Source: Octopus sinensis (taxonomy: Eukaryota). From it: a stretch of DNA of 64,000 bases. The translations under genes were made by a program, and so were the position numbers. This document shows positions 40,733 to 51,805 of this stretch, piece after piece. The notes under the pieces are model-generated. The model saw only the letters and a program-made list of their open reading frames with translations, searched no databases and was not told the origin of the DNA. The stretch's first letter is position 1. The number at the start of each line of letters is the position of its first letter. The DNA lies in assembly GCF_006345805.1 (NCBI RefSeq), contig NC_043006.1, positions 34,472,001 through 34,536,000 of the forward strand. Reading direction: 5' to 3'.

Positions 40733-41326
40733 TGCATACAAGGTGGTGCTGAAAAGTTCCTGGCTTTGGGTTACATAGATTAAGATCTCCTGGGGACTTG
40801 CTCTTGTATGCCACTCATCAATGTCCTTCATCCTCAAGTCATAAATAAAATAAGGATGATGAAAAAAAAGATGTGGGGTTGGGGTAGGATGGTGCATGGT
40901 TCTCTAGTTACGAAGAGCAACACTAATATAAATAAAGGCAGTTCTAGTATTCCTTCTCCTCTTCCTCCTCATTTAATGTCCATTTTCCATGCTGGCATGG
41001 GATTGGATGGTTTGACAGGAGCTGTCAAAGCCAGAAGCCACATCAGGTTCCACTGTCTGTTTTGGCATGGTTTCTATAGTTGGATGTCCTTCCTAATGCC
41101 AACCACTTCACAGAGTGGTGAGTCTTAGGTGGCACCAGACACCAGTGCTTTTTATGTGGCATTATCGCCAATGCTTCTTATGTGACACCAACACCTGTGG
41201 AACCGGCACCAGTTCTAGTAATGCTAAAGTGTTGGTGAGTGAAATCTTTATTGAATGTAGTCTATAAAGCTTGTACAAGTAACAGTAGCACAGTCATGGA
41301 CACACTTCATTAATATCAACATATTA

Positions 41327-41713
41327 GGCACAGGAGTGGCTGTGTGGTAAGTAGCTTGTTTACGAACCACATGGTTCCGGGTTCAGTCCCACTGTGTGGC
41401 ACCTTGGGCAAGTGTCTTCTACTATAGCCTCGGGTCAACCAAAGCCTTGTGAGTGGATTTGGTAGACAGAAACTGAAAGAAGCCCGTCATATATATGTAT
41501 GAGTATATATGTTTGTGTGTCTGTGTTTGTCCCCACAACATCGCTTGACAACCGATGCTAGTGTGTTTACATCACCGTAACATAGCAGTTCGGCAAAAGA
41601 GACCGATAGAATAAGTACTAGGCTTACAAAGAATAAGTCCTGGGGTCAATTTGCTCAACTAAAGGCAGTGCTTCAGCATGGCCACAGTCAAATGACTGAA
41701 ACAAGTAAAAGAG
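41327..41713 (+). mobile_element. Full-length SINE family A
   Basis: Best-preserved copy, from GGCACAGGAGTGGCTGTGTGG to GAAACAAGTAAAAGAG. Confidence 0.92.
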
Positions 41714-41833
41714 TATATAATACAGCTAACTATTAAGTTAAATTCCTTGATAAGGCATTCAACTCCATTTATTTGAATAATAAAGTAATGTAACATCAAA
41801 AAACAGATTCTGAGTATTTCTGACAAGAGATCC

Positions 41834-42304
41834 TTAACCTTTTTCATACCAACCCAGCTGAAACAACTACTGGCTCCGTACTACAAATGTCTTGTTTTCA
41901 AAAGTTCTGAATTAAAATCTTCCACCAAACCTTAGTCACAATTTATGTTCCTAACACCAGCTGAATGAAAACTAAGTTATTTTACTAAATTCTTTGTTAT
42001 ATTTCAAATTAATTGAAAGAAACACAATCCATCTCAACAGAAATACAGTAGCAAGAGGATTAAAATATATAATAGAGAAACAATTCTTAACCCTTTCAAT
42101 ACCAACCCGGCTGAAACCACCTCTGGCTCTGTCTTGTTTTCATAAGTTCTGAATTAAAATCTTCCACCAAACCTTAGTCACAATTTATGTTCCTAGCACT
42201 AGCTTAATGAAAACTAAGTTTTTTTGCTAAATTCTTTGTTATATTTAAAGTAATTGAAAGAAATACAGAGCATCTCGAAATAAATACAGTAACAAAAGGG
42301 TTAA
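41834..42304. mobile_element. Second copy of the piggyBac-like MITE dimer, inverted relative to 8170-8644
   Basis: Units 41834-42063 and 42087-42304, with the same spacer in reverse complement. Confidence 0.8.
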
Positions 42305-42550
42305 CTGAAGTTGCCTGCCTCTGAACTTCATCCATTTCTCATATCTTCCACTAGAAGTTTCCTTTAAGATTGCAGCCTGGGGCTTATCTTTGATGCACAC
42401 TATTGATTCTGGTGTGTCATGAAATTTGGTTATGTTATCTAAACCAATGCTTCTCAAACTATCTGATGTGGCATACTGATAGTTTTTGTTTCCAGTGTGC
42501 CAGGGTCCGGTAATATTTCCTAGTAATATTAATTTATACCAGAAACAATA

Positions 42551-42908
42551 TCATCATCATCATTTAACGTCCGTTTTCCGTGCTAGCATGGGTTGGACGG
42601 TTCGACCGGGGTCTGGGAAGCCGGGGGCTGCACCAGGCTTCAGTCTGATCTGGCAGAGGTTCTACAGATGGATGCCCTTCCTAACGCCAACCACTCCGCG
42701 AGTGTAGTGGGTGCTTTTTATGTGCCACCTGCACAGGTGCCAGGGGGGTCCGGCATCGGCCACGATCGGTTGGTGCTTTTAACGTGCCACCGGCATGGAA
42801 GCCAGCCAAGGTGGCGCTGGCATCGGCCACGTTCGGATGGTGCTTTTTATGTGCCACTGGCACTGGAGCCAATCAAGGCAGCGCTGGCATCGGCTACGTT
42901 CGGATGGT
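42551..42908 (-). mobile_element. Young RTE LINE 3' UTR, interrupted at 42908 and resumed at 45221-45240
   Basis: (CAT)n tail at 42551; CpG-rich subrepeats; last subrepeat ACGTTCGGATGGT|GCTTTTT split by the insert. Confidence 0.85.
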
Positions 42909-43671
42909 ACCGACAGAGATCAAAGAGGGTACCGACAGAGATCAAAGATGGTGCCGACAGAGATCAAAGAGGGTGCCGACAGAGATCAAAGAGGGTGCTG
43001 ACAGAGATTAAAGAGGGTGCAGACAGAGATTAAAGAGGGTGCAGACAGAGATCAAAGAGGGTGGCGACTGAGATCAAAGAGGGTACCGACAGAGATCAAA
43101 GAGGGTGCCGACAGAGATCAAAGAGGGTACCGACGGAGATCAAAGAGGGTACCGACAGAGATCAAAGAGGGTGACGACAGAGATCAAAGAGGGTGCAGAC
43201 AGAGATCAAAGAGGGTGCCGACAGAGATCAAAGAGGGTGCCGACAGAGATCAAAGGGGGTACCGACGGAGATCAAAGAGGGTACCGATGGAGATCAAAGA
43301 GGGTGCCGACAGAGATCAAAGATGGTGCAGACAGAGATCAAAGGGGGTGCCGACGAAGATCAAAGAGGTTGCTGACAGAGATCAAAGAGGGTGCCGACAG
43401 AAATCAAAGAGGGTGCCGACGGAGATCAAAGAGGTGCCGACGGAGATCAAAGAGGGTGCCGACGGAGATCAAAGAGGGTGCCGACGCAGATCAAAGAGGG
43501 TGCCGACAGAGATCAAAGGGGGTGCCGACAGAGATCAAAGAGGGTGCCGACAGAGATCAAAGAGGGTGCCGACATAGATCAAAGAGGGTGCCGACAGAGA
43601 TCAAAGAGGGTGCCGACAGAGATCAAAGAGGGTGCCGACAGAGATCAAATAGGGTGCCGACAGAGATCAAA
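42909..43671. repeat. 22-bp tandem array, 35 units (consensus GCCGACAGAGATCAAAGAGGGT)
   Basis: Counted directly; single-base variants, one 21-bp unit, no spacers. Confidence 0.95.
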
Positions 43672-44128
43672 ATCGAAGGGCGTGAAGCCGCCGCGCACCT
43701 AGGACCCGCGCGCGCAAGGCGGCTGCTACGACGGCCCGTACGCACCGGTCTCAGTCTAATATTTGCGCCGCGACCAATGCGGAAGGCCGACCGTATCATC
43801 GTGACCGGAAGGGACGGGCGTGGATGCGCGGCCCCCGAACCGGCCGAGCGGACGCCGGCGCCGCCGCGAAGACGCGACAGCTGCTGGACGTCGTTTTCGA
43901 GCCCAATGCCCGGGTGCGTCCTGCGATCGCGACTTCGGTTGCATGTATTATTAGCTCTAGAATTGCCACAGTTATCCACTCTCCTCGCGGTGGAAGAATA
44001 CGGTCCCGAGGATTAGGTCCGGTTCCTGAGCCATTTGCGGTTTCACCATTCGTTTACGGCATGAACTTACACTTGCATGGCTTAAGCTTTGAGACAAGCA
44101 TATGAGTACTGGCAGGATCAACCAGGTA
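43672..44128 (-). pseudogene. 18S rRNA: 18S rRNA 5' fragment (~457 nt, GC-expanded V2), truncated
   Basis: Minus strand starts TACCTGGTTGATCCTGCCAGTACTCATATGCTTGTCTCAAAGCTTAAGCCATGC at 44128 and contains GGATAACTGTGGCAATTCTAGAGCTAAT; it ends abruptly in the array. Confidence 0.92.
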
Positions 44129-44866
44129 TCACCGACGTTTCAAAAGAACGAAGCGCAGCAGCGGCGGAAGCTCGCGAAGCAGCCGCCGCCGCCGATCGAA
44201 AAAAAAACGAGAAGAAAAGGAATTGGCGGGGCCGAAAACAGAGGCGTTAGTGCTCACGTGTTCGGCCGCCGTTCGTATATGCACGCGCCTCCTCCAACGC
44301 TGGGGAGGCGAAAACAAATGAGTCAACACGCGAAGAAGCGTTCGCGGAGCAAAAACGATTTGTGATCCGACTGCCGCACACCAGGGCTGCTGCGGGTCGA
44401 TTGGAAGTGGGGCCGCTTTCGGGCGGAAGAGGTGAAGGCCAGCGACTAAGGCAGTAGACGAGAGGGGCAGCGGCGATGGGCGGCCCCGATGCAGCTTTTA
44501 GACTCGCCCGGCGCCCTATGCGTCAGTGGTCACTTCCTCCTCCTCCTCCTTTCGAAACGGCTGCGATGAACTGCGTCCGGACTGCGGTCAATGAGCGAGT
44601 GCTATGACGATGGTCGCCACGAAAACGACGCGCGCCAAGGCGGTGATGCCGGGGGAAGCTGCAGAAATGCTATGAGGCAGCGAAACCCGGAGTTGAAGCC
44701 ACGGTTCTGTCCAGGGAAGAAGGGACAGACACGGCACCGCTAACTTTCGGTGACGCCGCGTTGCCTGTGGCGGAACGGGAACGGTGGCGAAGCAACACGA
44801 GGTCAACGGCGTAACCTGACCGGGTCCTCAGCTGCGAAGACGAGGCCGGGGGTCGGAGGAGGCGAG
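44129..44866 (-). other. Putative 5' external transcribed spacer of rDNA
   Basis: GC- and CpG-rich unique sequence directly upstream of the 18S 5' end. Confidence 0.75.
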
Positions 44867-45022
44867 AAGAGGGTGCTGACAGAGATCAAGGAGGGTGCCG
44901 ACAGAGATCAAAGAGGGTGCCGACAGAGATCAAAGAGTGTACCGACAGAGATCAAGGAGTGTACCGACATAGATCAAAGAGGGTGCCGACAGAGATCAAA
45001 TAGGGTGCCGACAGAGATCAAA
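44867..45022. repeat. Second 22-bp array, 7 units
   Basis: Same unit and same terminal variants (GACATAG, CAAATAGGG) as the first array. Confidence 0.95.
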
Positions 45023-45213
45023 ATCGAAGGGCGTGAAGCCGCCGCACCCCTAGGACCCGCGCGCAGAAGGTGTAGCGGCTGCTACGACGGCCCGTACGCG
45101 TCGGTCTCAGTCTAATATTTGCGCCGCGACTAATGCGGAAGGCCGACTGTATCGTCGTGACTGGAAGGGACGGGCGCGGATGCGCCGCCCCCGAACCGGC
45201 CGAGCGGACACCG
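45023..45213 (-). pseudogene. Second, diverged copy of the 18S V2 segment
   Basis: Aligns to about 43672-43858 with roughly a dozen substitutions and a small indel. Confidence 0.88.
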
Positions 45214-45408
45214 CAAAGAGACGTCGGATGGTGCTTTTTTATATAATGAATATAATAAAAGTTGGCTATTTAAAAAAATTTTATGTTTATTTTGTAAACA
45301 AATAATACAATATTACATAAGCATTTCATAATGCTTCTTTCTTTCCTGGAAACTTGCTACGTATCGGTGTGGCACTGATCTAAGCCCCTTCTCTAGCAAA
45401 CTAATAAC

Positions 45409-45640
45409 CATATGGCATAGTGGTTAAAAGCGTAGGCTACTGACCCTAAGATTCCAAGTTCAACTCCAGGCAGTTACCTGAATAATAATAATAACATCAA
45501 AAAATACCTTAGGAATGAGAATCCAGGTTCAAAATTTCCCCAAGACACCAGATGAAAGCTGGAGGGTATATCAGCTGAAATGTTGTGTTAACAACAAACG
45601 AGATGAGGAGATATATCCGTCAAATGTAAATAATGTAAAT
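45409..45640 (+). mobile_element. Second copy of the tRNA-headed hammerhead element
   Basis: TGGCATAGTGGTTAAAAGCG head, (AAT)n, ACAC-CaGATGA-AAGCTG..CAGCT-GAAA-TGTT-GTGT at 45545-45588. Confidence 0.8.
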
Positions 45641-46059
45641 AAATTAATATCCTGCATGCATGCTGTCACATCTAATAGTGTTTGCTCATATGCAAATAAT
45701 ATACCAATGCTGATCTGGGACTAAATAACAATTCAATATTTGAGACATCAGTTTGGAAGCAGGAACAAGAAAAGCTTGTAATTAAAATCTGTTAAAACAG
45801 GCTCCAAACAGAAAAAGTAAAAACAAAAGAAAGAAAAAAATATATAAAGTAGAAAAATAGTGAAATCAGTCAGATAAATAGATTTGTCTAGATAGGCAAT
45901 TGAACATATTGTACAAGAAAATATTGATCAATGTGCAGTTTTGTGTCTTTGAAATAAAATAGTTGCTGTAGTTTTTTAATGCTCTTGGGAAATGGTTTCC
46001 GGTCAATATGTGAAGGTGTAAAGACAAATAAATGGTATGGCAGTATAAGTGATTTGATT

Positions 46060-46700
46060 GATTAAGTGAGAAGATGAGCGAGTCTGTGAGAGTGAAAGAA
46101 AGAATTGAGAGAGATAAAGACAGAATGAAGGAATTTTAATGTGTGTGTGTGTGTGATGGAAGGAAGTGGAAGAGGGAGTGTGTGTGTGTGTGTGTGAAGA
46201 AGCAAGACATAAAAGAAAAAGACAATGGAAGGAGATATGAATGAAGAAAACAAATGGATGATTGTGTAAGAAGAAAATGAAAGAGGAAAAACGAGGGAGA
46301 GTATAGAATGCATTTGTGTGTGAAGTAGATAGAAGGAGAAACGAAGGAATAGAGAAAGGTATAAGAAGAAAGAGGGAGAGGATATAAGGGAGAGAAAAAC
46401 CAGAAAAATAGGGAACAAATATAAAAAGAGAGAGGAAGAGAGTTCGAGAAAATAGTAAGAGAAAGGAGGAGGAAAGGAAAACAAAGAGAGGGGAGGAGAA
46501 GAAAGAAATAATTAATTTAAGAAAAGAAAGGCATAAGTATTTCAGATAGTAGGAATGAGAGGAAAGAAAAAAGTAAGAGAGGAGACTGAAAGGGGAACCA
46601 AAGAGAAGGTGAAAAAAAAAAAAAAAAAAAGATGAGAGCGTGAGTGAGAAAGAGGATGAAGAAGAAAGAGAGAAATAAAAGTAGTGTAAAATGAAGATAA
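46060..46700 (+). repeat. Long purine-rich (GA-rich) low-complexity tract
   Basis: Strong A/G strand bias over about 640 bp. Confidence 0.85.
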
Positions 46701-47109
46701 GTAAGTCAAAGAAACTAATTTACTTGCGATATTATTTAATAATTCCAATAGGTGTATGAGGGGAAAATATGTTGCAATAGCTTGTCCCTTTATATTCTGA
46801 GCTTAAATTGCACCTAGGTTGACTTTATCATTTAGTATTCCTGTGCAGAAGTACCTGCTAAGTGCACCAAACAAACCGACTTGTCAATTAAGTCCTTCTG
46901 TGGAAACCTCAGGGGCAACAGCACAAGAGATATCTAAGATTAAATAGTACAAGATCGACAGGGACCATTAGCTGATAAACCTAGGATGGAAAGATGCTGT
47001 AAGGGCAGCTGGTGACTGATTGTGCTGGAATAATTTGACTTCCTCAAGCATCAGCTGATGCAAGAAAACCTAAGTTTAAGTATGTACCAGGTTGATTTAA
47101 TAGAATATC

Positions 47110-47320
47110 CGAGGGGGTGCTGAAAAGTGCCTGGCTTTACAGGCATCACGAAAGGCCTGGTGGAAACCCAACCTCTCAAGTTCTTTTACAGGGCTTAGAA
47201 AAACTGAAGGACCACTGCAATAAGTGTGTGAATATGAGAAGGGAATAAGTTGAATAGAATCATAATTAACTGATCCTCATGGATTTTCTTTTACCCAAAG
47301 TCAAGAACCCTTCAGCACTG
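47110..47320 (+). mobile_element. Mariner deletion derivative (MITE)
   Basis: TIRs GTGCTGAAAAGTGCCTGGCTTT / AAAGTCAAGAACCCTTCAGCAC; internal GLEKLKDHCNKCVNMRRE*VE* resembles the mariner transposase C-terminus. An isolated TIR lies at about 40738-40772. Confidence 0.75.
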
Positions 47321-48856
47321 TACTTCACCCCACAAAAATGTGACTATGTTTATGTAGAAAATATTATCCATGACAGAGAATAAAAATTATTACAAATTCA
47401 AGGACACATTGAATTAACTAAACTAAACCTGAACTTTAAATAAAACCTTTTGGAAGATGGTCACATAGATTGCCAAATGATAAAGCATTATATACTTCCT
47501 CTGTTTTTTTTTTTTTTGGTTTTCCCTATAATTCCAAGTTATGTTTGGAGCTATGATCATTCACAGGTAAAATTGTTAAAGGAAGTGTGTTTTTCCAGTT
47601 TGATAAATGTGTTTATCATAGTTACATAATTAAAATTATCAAACAACATGAGGGATGGGTTTCTGCAAAGCCTATCGACTTGATAGAAATGGCCAAATCT
47701 CACTCAAATTCCTCACCATACCATTTTAAAAGGTGACAGACACTATGAATCATATAGTTCAAGATAGACTATGTCTAAAATAGAAAGAAAAAGACAGAAT
47801 GGTTACTGTTGGAATGTCTTAGATTATGTAGAGGACTGCATGCACAAATATGATAAAAAATAAAAAACAAAAGGTAACAACAATTAGGATTGCTCCCTGC
47901 ACCCACTGATACACGTTTTAGCCAAGAAAAATGAAAGGAAGTTTAATATTCTTCAATCTTTACAAAATCAATTAACTTAACCAGAGAACGTTAGATAAAA
48001 AAAAAATTAGCTCGAAATACATTTTGTAAAATTGTGAGATACACAAAAGAGAATACTCTTCACAGAATTTAGTAAAGTTCAGTGATCTCTCTCTCTCACA
48101 CACACACACACATACACAGAAGTGTATTACCTGTCAAAAATGATGCAATTTACTTCTGCCTCCTTTCAGTAATTTCTAATGCTTTTGTTTCAAGCTTTGC
48201 TCCATTTTCTTCTTATGTTTCATTTTATCTTCTTTTAGTCATTCTTTTTAACTTCACTCATTCTCTTAATTTTCAAACTTATATGATTACATCTCTATCT
48301 AAATATATCTGTATTTTCTAAAATTTTTTCCACTCAATCAAAATCTGCCTCAACCCCTTTTCTCCCCAACCCTTCCATACCATACAGGAATTCCTTTTTC
48401 TATCTCTATTGTTCTTTCTATATCCTACTTATTTTATCCCATTACTTCTCTAATTCCCCATCAGTACTGTAGAGCTTTATCTTTCTTCACTTCTTTCTAC
48501 TTCTCTCACCCTTTCTTCTACTCCTCCCTCTATTTCCATGTCTGCTACTCTGAATATTGTATGACTGCTGACAAATTTTCTATTACTTTTCATCCCACGC
48601 TGTCAATCCCACTTTTATATTAAATCTTTCTTCATATTACTTTTCATTTCTCTCTCTCTCTTCCACATCATTCAGCACAGTTACTACTTTCTCCTATCAG
48701 CATGTAAAGGAGAGACAAATGACCCAACAAGAAAATGGATATATCACGTTGCATTATATGTATAAAGATACCACTAGCATATTGATGGATGGTATTCTTC
48801 TGTCATTACTGGTGCCAATGTTCCTCCAAATGAGCAAGACAGCTTTCGAAAACATC

Positions 48857-48886
48857 ACTTACCTAGAAAGAGAAAGAAAAAAAAAG
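48857..48886 (-). other. Candidate recursive splice site, junction 48863|48862
   Basis: Minus strand CTTTTTTTTTCTTTCTCTTTCTAG|GTAAGT: 22 consecutive pyrimidines, AG, then a perfect donor. Confidence 0.65.
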
Positions 48887-49570
48887 CCTGAGTATTATGA
48901 CAGTAAGAACAGAAGTTCTCTAGAACAATTCTTTGATATACAAATAATTAAGATGAAAATGTTGTTTCTGTTTTGTTTTTTGCGAAGAGAAACAGCTGAA
49001 AGATTAAGAATCTATTCAACATTCATGTACACACACACACTGACCATATCCGTGCCATCCTGTACGTAAGTGAGTGGACAGGCATTAAGAGTTAGATTTT
49101 CTCATCATGGATGCAAACAGATGATTAATGAGTAGGTTTGAACTGACAGTCTTTCTTTTATTTGGTCACGAAGCTTGTTAGAATAGCAGTAAAATCTTCC
49201 TTAAGCCAAACCACACTCTTAAAAAAGATATTTAGATAAAATAGTTTAGGGTATAAAAACATCTAAAAAATAAATAAACAAAATGAAATAAAGAAAAATA
49301 AACAAGTTCAAATGCTTTCCATTTAAGTTTTATTCTTGAAGAAGGATATCCTGGGGCTATACAGCTAAACCATGTATTGAAATAAATTTTATCCATCAGT
49401 TAAGGAAACTTGAATTCTGTTAAACCCTTAGGCAGGAATTTTTTTTAAAAAGATCCTTTTGTTAACAGCTTGGTCCCCAGTGTGAAGAATTTAGCATGGC
49501 ATGAAGAAACAAGTAGGACCTACAGTCCTCATTATAAATGTTCTGTGCTGCCTGTACAACTATTTATACT

Positions 49571-49800
49571 TATTTCTTTACTACCCACAAGGGACTAAAC
49601 ACAGAGAGGACAAACAAGGACAGACACACGGATTAAGTCGATTATATCGACCCCAGTGCGTAAATGGTACTTATTTAATCGTCCCCGAAAGGATGAAAGG
49701 TAAAGTCGACCTTGGCGGAATTTGAACTCAGAACGTAGCTGCAGACGAACTACCGCGAAGCATTTTGCCCAGCGTGCTAATGTTTCTGCCAGCTCGCCGC
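49571..49800 (-). mobile_element. Young SINE family B subtype with alternative 3' tail and 11-bp TSD
   Basis: TSD CTATTTATACT at 49560-49570 and 49801-49811. Confidence 0.9.
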
Positions 49801-49927
49801 CTATTTATACTGAGAATGCTTTCTCTTGAATCATTTTAAATCACAGTGAAAGCTGGAGTTGTAGGGTGTCTTTCATACTGTACTAATGATGACAATACTC
49901 AGATATTCACTGCGGAAGTCAGTGCAG

Positions 49928-50176
49928 TTAACCCATTCATGCTGATCATCCGTCTAAACTGACAATTTATAAGGGCATAAAACAAATACTCGATACAAAT
50001 TGTGATTTATGTATGATCTGTATCAAACAATGAAACATGTTCTTAACGCATATGCAGTCTGTATCAAACGGATTTCAATGGAATTTCTTTCAGTTCTTAT
50101 TTAGGTTAAAATAATAGTATCTGTGAATTTTCAGGCAATTTCATTCACCAGAAAAATTTTGGCACGAATGGGTTAA
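49928..50176. mobile_element. TTAA-flanked MITE
   Basis: TTAACCCATTC ... GAATGGGTTAA termini. Confidence 0.7.
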
Positions 50177-51576
50177 GAAACTTACTTTGTAACAGTGTGG
50201 TTTTCTGTTCAGTCCAACTCCTTGGTCAAGCATCTTCAACTATAGCTCTTGGCTGACCAATGCTTTATGAGTGAAGTTGGTAGACCATCTTTTATCTATC
50301 AGGAACTAAAGTGTCCAGTGTTTTCATGATTTGCAGGAAATTTGACTATTATTTCTAGCAGTTACACAGAAGCTTCTTCATTAGCTTATCATGCTTTGTT
50401 GTTAAGAATATTTAACATTTGTGTTAGAATTAAAGATTCTGTGCTGAAAATTGGAATATAGAAGACAACCAGAGATTCTAAGGTCAAACGGATAATAATA
50501 CAGAAAACCTGAATAGTTATCATTATTGCAATAATTCGTTTCAGAAATTTAATCAAATAGCCTTCTACTTGAATCACAGGAAATATATTGTTTATTGATA
50601 TTTTGAAATTCTAACTATTTGAACAGATACTGAGATCAGATTTATAGAATATAATACAATAGGATAACACTGTCAGATATTGGTTTGATCTTAACCTGAT
50701 GGAATATTGCCAGGGATGAAAGGACTATTTCAGTGATAAAGAAATACATTTCAGAGAGAGGCATCTTTGTGCCTCAAATCACACCCTACTGGTTTCAAGG
50801 TAAATCGGATAATGTGATCCTATATGCAGTCAGAATAAAAGACAGTGAGGGTCTGCTTCTTCAATGCTGATTTAAAAAATTGTAATTGCTAAAAAGCAAT
50901 CATTACTATATTTGATTGCCTCAAAAATGCACAAGCATGTTAGATGCATCCCAATCCCAGCAGTACATGTTCAAGAAAAAAAATATTCTTAGTGCATGAA
51001 AGCTTGAAATGTAGGCCTAACTTTGCTTACACAATCCAAGGTGATTTTTTTTGAGACATTGTTTGGAAGAAAAAGAGAGGGTCTTACATGCCAACAAATA
51101 CTGTAGTTTAAAAGCCTAGTTCTATAAGGTTATACACGAGAGAGAAATAGCAGGGGTGCTCAGTACTGTTACCAAGAGAAGTATATTTTAAATGCCATCC
51201 TCTATTTGGGGTCATATTTTTTTATCGTATCCTACTGACATATATACAAACATAAATTGTAGATGAAAATATAAATAGTTTATAAACCCCCAAGGGACTT
51301 TTAATGAGTAATGCTTAGCTGTCATTTCATGGCATTATGTGAATGAGAGAAATTTTCTGCTGATAGTCTACTGCAGATAACATTAACAGATCTGGTGCCT
51401 ATTCTTGAACAACTAACTGCACTGTAAGTACCCTGGAGTGAAACAGAGTAATATAATTTTATTCGAAGTGTTGTGAAATAAAATTAAAAGTGATTGAGAA
51501 GGTAACAATAGTGTAAGTTAGAAATAAAGGCATGAAGATAAAAACAAGGGTTTAACTTTAACTTTAGTTATTTGTG

Positions 51577-51805
51577 TTAAACCCATATATACCCCTTGTT
51601 GCGTTTTCGCAACACAAAACCTGCTCCTACTTGTTTGGACATGAACTCAGCGGGAAGCAACTGACTGATGCCAAGGAAATGTTCTGTAGGTAGTTGACAC
51701 CCATAGCTAACAGTTGCATACTGTCCTTCTCTTCCAGATTGTGAAAGCCTACCATAACATTTAATCTAAATACAGTGAAATTTTTTATGTGCATATATGG
51801 GTTAA
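51577..51805. mobile_element. TTAA-flanked MITE
   Basis: TTAAACCCATATAT ... ATATATGGGTTAA termini. Confidence 0.6.

Noticed and set aside
42909-43671. CRISPR-like array
   Set aside because: Units are head-to-tail with no unique spacers, there are no cas genes, and the context is eukaryotic.
43017-44016. 186-aa and 303-aa ORFs
   Set aside because: Products of a stop-free 22-bp repeat running into antisense 18S.
43672-44128. Functional rDNA locus
   Set aside because: Only the first ~457 nt of 18S; no remainder, ITS, 5.8S or 28S.
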